From the IMG/VR virus record IMGVR_UViG_3300006120_000016: DNA of 64,000 bases; one strand, 5' to 3'. How positions within the stretch are numbered: the stretch's first letter is position 1; every line of letters begins with the position of its first letter. Origin of the DNA: an uncultured virus (IMG/VR IMGVR_UViG_3300006120_000016) (taxonomy: Duplodnaviria; Heunggongvirae; Uroviricota; Caudoviricetes). Below, one piece after another: positions 48,668-57,690 of the stretch. A program made the translations under genes and the position numbers. Below the pieces are notes generated by a model. It made no database searches, had not been told where the DNA came from, and saw only the letters and a list, made by a program, of their open reading frames with translations.

Positions 48668-48715
48668 GATTCTTGCCATGGTTATTTTCATAAATATAGC
48701 AACAAGGAGATAATC

Positions 48716-49456
48716 ATGGCACTTCCTACAGACAGAGAATCATTCAAGCAATATTGCCTACGCCGTCTTGGCGCGCCTGTAACCCAGATCAATATGGACA
48801 ACGACCAGATTGAGGATCGTATCGATGATGCTCTGCAATATTATGCAGATTTCCATTTTGATGGTACTGAGAAACAATATTATAAATATTTAGTTCAACA
48901 AACTGATATATCCAATAAATATTTGACTATGCCATCTAATATTATTGGTGCGGTAAATGTATTTCCTGTTGGTTCTTCTTTATCAACCAATAATCTATTC
49001 AATATTCGTTATCAGATTGCGCTGAATGATCTTTACGATCTCACTGCAACCACTATGGTCCCTTATTATATGGCCATGCAACACATTCAGTTACTGGAGC
49101 AGTTGCTCGTCGGACAACAACCACTTCGTTATAACAGAAGATCTAATAGACTCTATGTTGATATGAATTGGGATATGGTTGGCCCCGGTCAATATATGGT
49201 AATTGAGGCATATCAGGTTCTTGATCCCGACACTTATACAAATGTATGGTCTGATCGTTGGTTACAAAAATATGCTACACAATTAATCAAGCAAAATTGG
49301 GGACAGAATCTTACAATTTATCAAGATATTGCTCTTCCCGGCGGTGCTAAGTTTAATGCCGAAAAGATATATAATGATGCCACTACAGAGATTGCTAAGA
49401 TGGAAGCGGAGATGATTTCGTCTTACAGTATTCCGGTCAGTTTTATGCTTGGATGA
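48716..49456 (+). CDS. gp13: neck protein gp13
   Basis: YCLRRLGAPV..IN....QIEDRIDDALQY..DFHFDG...W..RWL.KYAT.LIK..WG.NL. Confidence 0.93.
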   Translation: MALPTDRESFKQYCLRRLGAPVTQINMDNDQIEDRIDDALQYYADFHFDGTEKQYYKYLVQQTDISNKYLTMPSNIIGAVNVFPVGSSLSTNNLFNIRYQIALNDLYDLTATTMVPYYMAMQHIQLLEQLLVGQQPLRYNRRSNRLYVDMNWDMVGPGQYMVIEAYQVLDPDTYTNVWSDRWLQKYATQLIKQNWGQNLTIYQDIALPGGAKFNAEKIYNDATTEIAKMEAEMISSYSIPVSFMLG

Positions 49457-49493
49457 AACGAACAATTTTCATATATAGAAAGATTTTTGTATA

Positions 49494-50216
49494 ATGGCCG
49501 TATCAACGTTTTTCGACAACTTTACACATGATGGATATCAGCAGCTTTTGCAGGACCTAGGAACTCAAATGATTCAGAGGTATGGTATTGATGCATACTA
49601 TATGCCTCGTTCACATGTGAATATCGACCGCCTTTGGCTAGAAGACACACTGAGTCAATTTGATCAAGCCACTCTCATTGAATTATACATCAAAACTTTC
49701 CAAGGTTGGCAAGGCGAAGGCGACCTAATGTCCAAATTTGGTATTTCTATGGCCGATCAGATTACTTTCTCTATGATGAGAAATCGTTGGCAAGAAGAGT
49801 TTACTAATTTTCAGCCTAATCTTATTCGTCCATTAGAGGGAGATTTTATATACCTTCCGCTAACACATGCTTTGTTTGAAGTCAAGTTTGTTGAGCATGA
49901 ATCAAACTTCTATCAGACCGGTCTTCTGACTTATTATGATATCAAGGCAGAACGTGTTAATTATAGCAGCGAAGATCTTAAAACTGGTGTGGCTGAAATC
50001 GATAATATTCAATCTAAATTCTCTAATGCTGCAGATGATTATTTCCTTGGAGATCGGCAAGGAGACCATTTTGTTGATCAAGATGGAGATGGATTGGTAG
50101 AAGGTCAGTACACACCAGATAATATTGATGGAACAACTCAGAATAGTCTATTTAGCACAGAAGGTAAAGCATTTATAGATTTTAGTAAACAAAGCCCATT
50201 CGGGAGTATTCTGTAA
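49494..50216 (+). CDS. gp14: neck protein gp14
   Basis: I..YG.D.YY.PR...GEGDLMSKFG...RP.EGD.IY.P.....FEVKFVEHE..FYQ.G...PFG. Confidence 0.92.
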   Translation: MAVSTFFDNFTHDGYQQLLQDLGTQMIQRYGIDAYYMPRSHVNIDRLWLEDTLSQFDQATLIELYIKTFQGWQGEGDLMSKFGISMADQITFSMMRNRWQEEFTNFQPNLIRPLEGDFIYLPLTHALFEVKFVEHESNFYQTGLLTYYDIKAERVNYSSEDLKTGVAEIDNIQSKFSNAADDYFLGDRQGDHFVDQDGDGLVEGQYTPDNIDGTTQNSLFSTEGKAFIDFSKQSPFGSIL

Positions 50217-51041
50217 ATGTTAGGACAAAATTTCTACTGGGGTCTGACAAGAAAATATGTGATACTCTTCGGATCGATCTTTGATGATATATGGATTGAT
50301 AGAGTCGATGCCAATGGGGTTTCTCAAAAAACCATAAAAGTTCCTTTGCAGTATGGACCCAAGGAGAGGTACTTAACTCGGTATATTCAGAATCCAGATC
50401 TTCTTCGTGAAGTATCGATGGTATTTCCAAGAATGTCATTTGAGATTACCGGCATTCGTTATGATGCTGATAGAAAGAAAAATACTATTGGACAATATAC
50501 TGCAGTCAACAGTTCAACAAATACAATGTATACTCAATTTAATCCTGTTCCATATAATTTTGATATCACATTATCAATTATTAGCAGAAACACAGAAGAT
50601 GCTTTGCGTATTGTTGAACAGATTATGCCATTCTTTACTCCTCAGTGGAACACAACTCTTAATTTAATTCCAGAAATGAATTATTCGATAAACGTTCCTA
50701 TTATTTTGAATACTGTTAATGCTGTTGATACATATGCCAGCAATTTTGAAGATAAAGAGTGGGTAATCTGGGAAATGACATTTACACTCAAAGGGGAACT
50801 TTGGGGACCAGTTCAGAATTCCAGTCAAATTAAAGAAGTTATTGTCAATTCTTATGCGTCACCAAGTGGGAATATTTCTTCTTATGTTGGCACAACTTCA
50901 CCGCAAGAAACAATTGATGTGCAACCCGGATTGACCGCTAATGGACAACCCACAAGCAATGCAGCACAATCTATTCCTGCATCACAAATTGCTGCAAATA
51001 CCAATTATGGATTTATCGTAGATTTTAATGAGAACTTATAA
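50217..51041 (+). CDS. gp15: tail sheath stabiliser / tail terminator gp15
   Basis: FY....RKYV..FG..F..I...IKVPL.YGPKE...PRMSFE...VPYN...EQI.PFF.P. Confidence 0.93.
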   Translation: MLGQNFYWGLTRKYVILFGSIFDDIWIDRVDANGVSQKTIKVPLQYGPKERYLTRYIQNPDLLREVSMVFPRMSFEITGIRYDADRKKNTIGQYTAVNSSTNTMYTQFNPVPYNFDITLSIISRNTEDALRIVEQIMPFFTPQWNTTLNLIPEMNYSINVPIILNTVNAVDTYASNFEDKEWVIWEMTFTLKGELWGPVQNSSQIKEVIVNSYASPSGNISSYVGTTSPQETIDVQPGLTANGQPTSNAAQSIPASQIAANTNYGFIVDFNENL

Positions 51042-51451
51042 TGGATGAAAAAAAACCAGATCCTATAGCATCATTATTGAATTTGCCTCCAATGCCAATT
51101 GAAGAAAAGGAAACTCTTCCTGCAATTCAAGAAGGTAATCCAGAAACTGAATATGAAAAGGTTGAAGGAGATTTTGATACTGCCAGAGATGCAATGCTAA
51201 GTGCCTTAGAAACCAGTCAAAACGCATTACAAGAATTGGCCACTATTGCTAAAGGAAGTCAGCACCCTAGAGCATTCGAAGTGTTGGCTAAACTTGTTGA
51301 TACTATTACATCAACTAGTAAAGACCTTCTAGATATTCATCAGAAAAGACAAGGTATAATCACTAGACCGGAGCCACATCAAACAATCAATAATAATTTA
51401 GTAATATCGACCAATGAACTTTTGAAAATGCTTAAGGGCACTTCTGAATAA
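51041..51451 (+). CDS. gp16: terminase small subunit gp16
   Basis: DF..AR......A..SQHPRAFEV...L...N.NL.IST.ELLK.L. Confidence 0.88.
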   Translation: MDEKKPDPIASLLNLPPMPIEEKETLPAIQEGNPETEYEKVEGDFDTARDAMLSALETSQNALQELATIAKGSQHPRAFEVLAKLVDTITSTSKDLLDIHQKRQGIITRPEPHQTINNNLVISTNELLKMLKGTSE

Positions 51452-51466
51452 TAGAATGGATATATA

Positions 51467-51835
51467 ATGGCACAACATGTAGCTGGCACGTATAGAGGTA
51501 ATAAGAAACTAAAGTCTACAGATACTAGACTTCCTTGGACTGAAGATCAGATTCAAGAGTACGTTAAATGCTCTCAAGATCCAATATATTTCATTAAGAA
51601 TTATGTTCAGATTGTAAACGTTGATAGAGGTTTGATTCCATTTGAGTTATGGCCATTTCAGGAAGAAATGATCGAAACAATGGTAGAAAACCGGTTCGTT
51701 ATCGCAAAGATGCCGAGACAAGTTGGAAAGTGTTTGACAAAAGACACATATATAGATATAAGGAACAAGAAAACCGGTATTGTTGAACGGATCTCTATAG
51801 GAGAATTTCATGATCGATGTGGGAACAAAGTATAA
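51467..51835 (+). CDS. gp17: terminase large subunit fragment A (88-aa N-extein) plus split intein 1 N-part (34 aa)
   Basis: Y.GN..LK...EY.KC..DP.YF..NY..I...D.G..PF.LW.FQ...PRQVGK, then CLTKDTYIDIR (intein block A; Cys at 51731). Confidence 0.93.
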   Translation: MAQHVAGTYRGNKKLKSTDTRLPWTEDQIQEYVKCSQDPIYFIKNYVQIVNVDRGLIPFELWPFQEEMIETMVENRFVIAKMPRQVGKCLTKDTYIDIRNKKTGIVERISIGEFHDRCGNKV

Positions 51836-52247
51836 TTACACTAAAGAAGACCGTGAGCAACTAATAAATTATATTATTAATTTGGCAAATGCCGATTATT
51901 CTCTAACAGAAATCTCAGAAAAATCTGGCGTCAGTAAAATTACTATCCAAAAATGGCTTAAAAATAATAATGTTAATTATAATAAAGCTGCTCGTAGAAT
52001 GTATTGCAATCAATGTGGAATATTGATGAAAAAGAAATATCAAGTCCAGATTGGTGAAGAAACTGTAAATATTAATATATGTTCATTAAAGTGCAAAAAT
52101 GATTGTATGGCCAATCCTGCCAGAGAAAATCTGAGAGATGAACAAATCATAAAAAGTGATTATGAAGTTCTTCATATCAAAGAAAAAGATTATAAAAATA
52201 ATAAAAAAGAAGTGGTTGAACAATGCATAAACTTTCTAACTCAATAG
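51810..52247 (+). CDS. free-standing endonuclease-derived ORF inside split intein 1 (HTH + CxxC; catalytic core apparently missing)
   Basis: HTH SLTEISEKSGVSKITIQKWL, CNQC, CSLKC. C-terminus RD....DYEVLHIKE.DY......V.QC.NFL matches the end of 53193-54347. Confidence 0.7.
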   Translation: MIDVGTKYNYTKEDREQLINYIINLANADYSLTEISEKSGVSKITIQKWLKNNNVNYNKAARRMYCNQCGILMKKKYQVQIGEETVNINICSLKCKNDCMANPARENLRDEQIIKSDYEVLHIKEKDYKNNKKEVVEQCINFLTQ

Positions 52248-53230
52248 AAAGAAAATTCATAGAATCTTTTGATATTGATGATTATGAAATTCTAACTGAC
52301 AGTGGATGGGAGAATATTTCTTCCATCCATAAAACTGTGGAATATGTCCGGTGGCACATCAAAACCGAATCTGGATTATTTCTAGAATGCGCGGATAATC
52401 ATATTGTATTCAATGATAATATGCAAGAAATATTTGTTAAAAATTGCGTTCCAAATAAAACAAAAATCATTACCGAAAATGGTCCAGAATTAGTAACAGA
52501 ATGTTATGAAACTAATATTTCAGAGAATATGTTCGATATTACTGTAGATTCAAATGATCACAGATATTATACTAATGGAATTCTAAGTCATAATACACAG
52601 ACTGTTGCTTCTCTAATTTTGTGGTATGTGCTATTTAATGAAGATTTCTCAATTGCTATTATGGCAAATAAAGACAAACAAGCAAGAGAAATCTTAGGGC
52701 GAATACAAAATGCATATGAGCATTTACCTAAATGGCTGCAGCAAGGAATTATCACATGGAACAAAGGTGATATTGAATTAGAAAATGGGTCCAAAATTTT
52801 AGCATCTGCTACATCTAGTAGTGCTATTCGTGGAACCTCACAAAATCTTGTATATCTTGACGAATTTGCATTTATTCCATCAAATATTCAGGAAGAGTTT
52901 TTTGCGTCAGTTTATCCTACAATTGCATCTGGTAATACGACAAAAGTATTAATCACTTCTACTCCTAATGGCATGAATATGTTCTATAAGATATGGACAG
53001 ATTCTGAAGAGGGTAGAAATTCATATGAAAGATGTTCAGTTCATTGGTCTATGGTTCCGGGTAGGGATGAAGACTGGAAAGACATGACTGTGCAAAATTC
53101 AAGTTTGCGCCAATTCGAGCAGGAATTTGAATCGATTTCCGCTCAAACTCTTATAAATATAAATAATACACAAGTATTTATAGGAGATTTATATGAGCAA
53201 CTTAAAAAAGAAAACCAAAAAGATAACTGA
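52223..53230 (+). CDS. gp17: terminase fragment B: intein 1 C-part (124 aa) + 179-aa extein with Walker B + intein 2 N-part (32 aa)
   Basis: LECADNH (block B), MFDITV...YYTNGILSHN|T, then LVYLDEFAF, ITSTPNG and QFEQEFE|SISAQTLI. Confidence 0.93.
   Translation: MHKLSNSIERKFIESFDIDDYEILTDSGWENISSIHKTVEYVRWHIKTESGLFLECADNHIVFNDNMQEIFVKNCVPNKTKIITENGPELVTECYETNISENMFDITVDSNDHRYYTNGILSHNTQTVASLILWYVLFNEDFSIAIMANKDKQAREILGRIQNAYEHLPKWLQQGIITWNKGDIELENGSKILASATSSSAIRGTSQNLVYLDEFAFIPSNIQEEFFASVYPTIASGNTTKVLITSTPNGMNMFYKIWTDSEEGRNSYERCSVHWSMVPGRDEDWKDMTVQNSSLRQFEQEFESISAQTLININNTQVFIGDLYEQLKKENQKDN
53152..53165 (+). promoter_or_regulatory. two overlapping T4-type late promoter motifs inside the intein 2 N-part coding sequence
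   Basis: TATAAATA at 53152-53159 and 53158-53165, about 30 nt upstream of the endonuclease ATG. Confidence 0.55.
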
Positions 53231-54347
53231 AGAGGAATTGAGAAAATTATATTTTGATAATAATATGTCTCTTGATGAAATAGGTAAATGTTTTGGTTAT
53301 GTCGATAGGCAACCTATATTAAGATTGTTTAAAAAATTTAACATACAAAGCAGAAGTAAATCTGAATCCGCAAATCTAAGATACAATAATAAATATAAAC
53401 ATATAACTAAAGAATATCTTGAAGAAAAATTGATTAATAATTCTGTGTTAAGTCTATCGAAAGAATTAAATATCCATAGAGGCGCTCTAAGTAAATTGAT
53501 GGCACATTATGGTATAAAAAATGAATACTTTGTTAATTCTAAAAATAAAGAATTAATTCTATCTGATGAATTTAAATTTTTATCGGCCAAAGAAATTTCT
53601 GATAAATTAAACATCACTATAAAAGAAGTTAAATATTATAAAAAGGATTTTGATCCTATTTTATATTCGCAAGAAGAAGTAAAATGTAAAATATCTCAAG
53701 GGGAATATGACTTGGATAGCAGAGGATTTCCAAAGACCTTACTTAATGGAGATATTAACTTATATAATTCAATAATACATTTAACTGAAGATCATATTTT
53801 AACAAGTAAGAAAATAACCGAAAGAATTTATAGAATTATTAATGATTATGATAAAGATTATATTAATGTATGTATTCACTGCAAAGAACCGCTAAAATTT
53901 TATACATATAGAATGGGATATGGAAACAGCGAGGCAAATATCTGTAAAAACTGCATTATGACGCATTCTAAATTTGGGGTGTCTATGATATCTCAAAAAT
54001 TATTTGGTTCTATATATTCCAATTTGGTAATTGGTCCTAAAGATTTTTGTAAATATTCAGACTTAAATGGCGAACATATAATAACAATTGATAGATCAAT
54101 AGTAAATAAAATTCCAAAAAAATTTCATGAGCATTTAAACAAGCATAAATATTTAATTGATTTTGTATTAAACAATAAAATTATAGAATTTGATGGAATA
54201 TATTGGCATAAAAACGATATAAAAGATGTTGCTAGAGATGAATATCTTATGGAAAGCGGATTTGAAATTTTTAGGGTTAAAGAAGAAGATTATTATAATT
54301 TTCCGGATAGGGTATTAAAAGAATGTATGGACTTCCTGAAACAGTAG
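53193..54347 (+). CDS. free-standing Vsr/DUF559-like homing endonuclease inside split intein 2
   Basis: Several HTH repeats, CIHC...CKNC, C-terminal S..SQ.LF...E......IDF...NKIIEFDG.YWH...D..RD..L...GFEIFRV.E. Confidence 0.8.
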   Translation: MSNLKKKTKKITEEELRKLYFDNNMSLDEIGKCFGYVDRQPILRLFKKFNIQSRSKSESANLRYNNKYKHITKEYLEEKLINNSVLSLSKELNIHRGALSKLMAHYGIKNEYFVNSKNKELILSDEFKFLSAKEISDKLNITIKEVKYYKKDFDPILYSQEEVKCKISQGEYDLDSRGFPKTLLNGDINLYNSIIHLTEDHILTSKKITERIYRIINDYDKDYINVCIHCKEPLKFYTYRMGYGNSEANICKNCIMTHSKFGVSMISQKLFGSIYSNLVIGPKDFCKYSDLNGEHIITIDRSIVNKIPKKFHEHLNKHKYLIDFVLNNKIIEFDGIYWHKNDIKDVARDEYLMESGFEIFRVKEEDYYNFPDRVLKECMDFLKQ

Positions 54348-55558
54348 TTCTTAATAACTTCAATTATAAGATAAAATCTCCTGAAGGGTATGTGCCTTTT
54401 CTTGGCGTAAACAAGATTAAAAAAGATCGATATATTCATTTAAAATTTTCCAATGGAGTTGAAATTAAATGTTCGGAAGATCATCCATTTGATACCATAG
54501 ATGGAATTATTGCGGCAAAGATACTAGACAAAAAAACAGAAGTCAAGACAGAAACTTCTGGGTGTTTTGTTATTTCTAAAAGAAACATCAAACGAAAAAT
54601 TGATCTATATGATATTGTAAATTCCGGAACTCAGCATCTATATTATTCTAATGGAATAGTAAGTCACAATTGTCATTTCCTTGGATCATCTAATACCCTT
54701 ATAGACGCCAAGAAACTTCAACAATTAACATGGAAAGAACCTCTTCATAAATTTGAAGATCTTGACATTTATGAAGAACCTATTCCCGGTCATAGATATT
54801 TTATGACAGTAGACGTTTCTAGAGGGGTTTCAATCGATTATTCTGCATTTGTTGTATTTGATGTTACTAATATTCCATATAGAGTTGTAGCAAAATATAG
54901 AAATAATGAAATTGCTCCTCTATTATATCCAAATATTATTTGGAGAGCCGGTAAACATTATAATGAAGCATTAGTTTTGATCGAAATTAATGATAACGGT
55001 CAACAAATTTCAGATATTTTATTCTATGATCTAGAATATGAAGGAGTTGTTTTAACTCAAGTCAAAGGTCGTGCAGGAGTTAGTATGGGTGGAACTCATA
55101 AGGTTCGTCCAATTCGAGGAATTAGGCAGACTAAACAAACCAAAAGAATAGGATGTGCTAACCTTAAAAATATTATCGAATCCGACAAATTAGTCTTTCA
55201 TGATTATGATATCATTTATGAACTTTTTAGATTTATCGAAAATAGATCATCATACGAAGCTGAACAAGGAGAACATGATGATCTTGTGATGTGCCTTGTT
55301 ATGTTTGGGTGGGCAGTTGCTCAGAAATATTTCATTGGTCAAACCGAAACAGACGTTAGATCCGATCTGTGGGAAGAAAATAAAGATTTGATTGAGCAAT
55401 CCGTAACGCCTTTTGGTATTTTAACCGATAATTGGAATATGCCAAACGAATCTGTAGGATCTATCGATTCATTCTATAATATGGATTTTCATCCTGATGG
55501 ATATTATCAAGACGAGTATGAAAATCCTGCTATAGGATTGACTGGTCATAGATTTTAA
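54323..55558 (+). CDS. gp17: terminase fragment C: intein 2 C-part (116 aa) + 295-aa nuclease extein
   Basis: KCSEDHPF (block B), LYDIVN...YYSNGIVSHN|CHFLGS, then VDVSRG...DYSAF, E.ND.G and HDDLVM. Confidence 0.93.
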   Translation: MYGLPETVVLNNFNYKIKSPEGYVPFLGVNKIKKDRYIHLKFSNGVEIKCSEDHPFDTIDGIIAAKILDKKTEVKTETSGCFVISKRNIKRKIDLYDIVNSGTQHLYYSNGIVSHNCHFLGSSNTLIDAKKLQQLTWKEPLHKFEDLDIYEEPIPGHRYFMTVDVSRGVSIDYSAFVVFDVTNIPYRVVAKYRNNEIAPLLYPNIIWRAGKHYNEALVLIEINDNGQQISDILFYDLEYEGVVLTQVKGRAGVSMGGTHKVRPIRGIRQTKQTKRIGCANLKNIIESDKLVFHDYDIIYELFRFIENRSSYEAEQGEHDDLVMCLVMFGWAVAQKYFIGQTETDVRSDLWEENKDLIEQSVTPFGILTDNWNMPNESVGSIDSFYNMDFHPDGYYQDEYENPAIGLTGHRF

Positions 55559-55570
55559 AAAGTCAGAAAT

Positions 55571-55578
55571 TATAAATA
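55571..55578 (+). promoter_or_regulatory. T4-type late promoter
   Basis: TATAAATA upstream of gp18. Confidence 0.8.
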
Positions 55579-55617
55579 TAAACATAAATCCGATTTATTA
55601 AGCAATAGGAGTTTTAT

Positions 55618-57666
55618 ATGATTCAAGTAAGTCCCGGCGTAAATGTAAGCGAATTTGATGCTACCACGGTAATTCCGGCAGTATCAACCTCTGTTGGTGC
55701 CGTTGCTGGTGTTTTTCAGTGGGGGCCTGCTTATCAGCGCACTCTGATCAATTCAGAAACTCAGTTAGTTCAAAAGTTTGGTAAACCAAATGCCAACAAC
55801 TACGAGACATTCTTTACTGCAGCCAACTTCTTGGCTTATGGCAATGCTCTATATGTTGTTCGTGCATATGATTCATCTGCGTTAAATGCCGTTGCAAATA
55901 CAACTGGCGCAGCAACTGCACCTCAGCTTGATAACTATCAAGATTTCTCAAATACTACGCTTGATGCCAACATTTCATATGTTGCTAGATATGCTGGTAG
56001 TCTTGGTAATTCAATTAAGATTTCAGTTTGTGATAGTGCTGCTGTATATTCATCAAATCTTGTTGCAAATTCTGCTGTAATCAACTTCACAGTTGGCTCA
56101 AATGTTGCTGTGGTAAATGCATCTTCTGTCACTCAGGGGTCTGGTAACACTGCAGCAAATTCCGTTGTTAATTCATTAACTGTTGGCGATTGGATTAAAG
56201 TTGGTAATTCTCAGATAGGATATCAGTTGCTTCAGGTTACTGGGTTCACAAATCCTGTTGGAGCAGAATCTTCAAGTAACGGCAATTATTATTCAAATGG
56301 TTCTACAGTTTCTTTTGCAACAAATTATAATCTTTCAACAAACATTTCAGCATCAAGCAATACAACTCAGCGTTACTGGGAATATTATAATGCTGTAACC
56401 AGAGCACCTTCTACAACAACTTCGACTTCTGCTTTGGGACTCACAACTCAAGACGAAATCCATGTAGTTGTTGCTGATAAGTATGGCGCTTTCACCGGAA
56501 CACCAAATCAGATTCTGGAAACTTGGCCATCAATGTCTCGTGCAACTGATGCCAAAACTACACAGGGCGCAACCAATTTCTACAAGAATGTAATAAATCT
56601 TGGTTCAAATTTCATCTATGCTAGTGGTACATTTGTAAGAACTGGTACAACCGTTGGTCTGGCTAATGCTATTGCCAACTCTACAACTACAACACCACTT
56701 ACTGCAGTTATGGTAAGCGGCGCAGATGGTTCAAATGAATCTAGCATTGCTTTAGGTCCAATTGCTCAGGCATATGATCTTTATAAAACTAAAGCTGATG
56801 TTGACATTTCTCTTCTGCTTCAGGGTAAAGCAATTGGTTCTACTACATTTGGTAACGCCGGTCTAGCTAACTACATTATCGGCAACATTTCATCTGCTCG
56901 TAAAGATTGCGTAGCATTTATTTCACCTGACAGTGGAATTATTCAATCTACGCTTACTTCTGGCGATTATGCTCAGTATGCAGTTAATTTTGCAACTCAG
57001 GGTATCACCTATGCAAGTTCATATGCTGTAATGGACGGCAACTACAAGTATCAATACGACAAGTATAATGATACATATCATTGGGTTCCATTGAATGGCG
57101 ATATCGCAGGTCTTTGTGCTGGTACAGATTATACCAACGATCCTTGGTGGTCTCCTGCTGGATTTAATCGTGGTCAGATTAAGAACGTTACTAAACTTGC
57201 TTATAATCCAAATCAAGCACAGCGTGATCTTCTATACATTAACTATATTAATCCTGTAGCAACTTTCCAGAGTCAGGGGACTGTTCTATATGGTGATAAA
57301 ACTATGATTGGTCATCCATCAGCATTCGATCACATCAATGTCCGTAGACTGTTTATTGTTCTAGAAAAGGCAATTTCCATTGCTGCACAGCAAAGTCTTT
57401 TTGAATTCAATGATACCTTTACTCGTTCACAATTTGTTAATATGGTAACTCCATATCTCAGACAGATTCAAGGGCGTCGTGGTATCTATGATTTCAGAGT
57501 TGTTTGCGATAAAACAAATAATACCCAAGCTGTTATTGACGGAAATCAGTTTGTTGGTGACATCTATATTCAGCCAGCCAGATCAATCAATTACATAACT
57601 CTAAATTTTGTGGCGGTTCGTACCGGAGTAGATTTCAACACAATCGTTGGTACATTTGGCGGTTAA
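55618..57666 (+). CDS. gp18: tail sheath protein gp18
   Basis: SPGV.VSE.D...G.FQWGP...FLAYGN...PWWSPAGFNRG...INVRRLF...FEFND..TR...PARSINYI.LNF. Confidence 0.96.
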   Translation: MIQVSPGVNVSEFDATTVIPAVSTSVGAVAGVFQWGPAYQRTLINSETQLVQKFGKPNANNYETFFTAANFLAYGNALYVVRAYDSSALNAVANTTGAATAPQLDNYQDFSNTTLDANISYVARYAGSLGNSIKISVCDSAAVYSSNLVANSAVINFTVGSNVAVVNASSVTQGSGNTAANSVVNSLTVGDWIKVGNSQIGYQLLQVTGFTNPVGAESSSNGNYYSNGSTVSFATNYNLSTNISASSNTTQRYWEYYNAVTRAPSTTTSTSALGLTTQDEIHVVVADKYGAFTGTPNQILETWPSMSRATDAKTTQGATNFYKNVINLGSNFIYASGTFVRTGTTVGLANAIANSTTTTPLTAVMVSGADGSNESSIALGPIAQAYDLYKTKADVDISLLLQGKAIGSTTFGNAGLANYIIGNISSARKDCVAFISPDSGIIQSTLTSGDYAQYAVNFATQGITYASSYAVMDGNYKYQYDKYNDTYHWVPLNGDIAGLCAGTDYTNDPWWSPAGFNRGQIKNVTKLAYNPNQAQRDLLYINYINPVATFQSQGTVLYGDKTMIGHPSAFDHINVRRLFIVLEKAISIAAQQSLFEFNDTFTRSQFVNMVTPYLRQIQGRRGIYDFRVVCDKTNNTQAVIDGNQFVGDIYIQPARSINYITLNFVAVRTGVDFNTIVGTFGG

Positions 57667-57690
57667 TAAGAAAATATAAGGAGCAATACA

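Noticed and set aside
51835..54323. Group I introns or sequencing frameshifts as the cause of the gp17 fragmentation
   Set aside because: Each break is flanked by intein motifs, and the gaps are filled end to end by overlapping ORFs, leaving no room for a ribozyme core.
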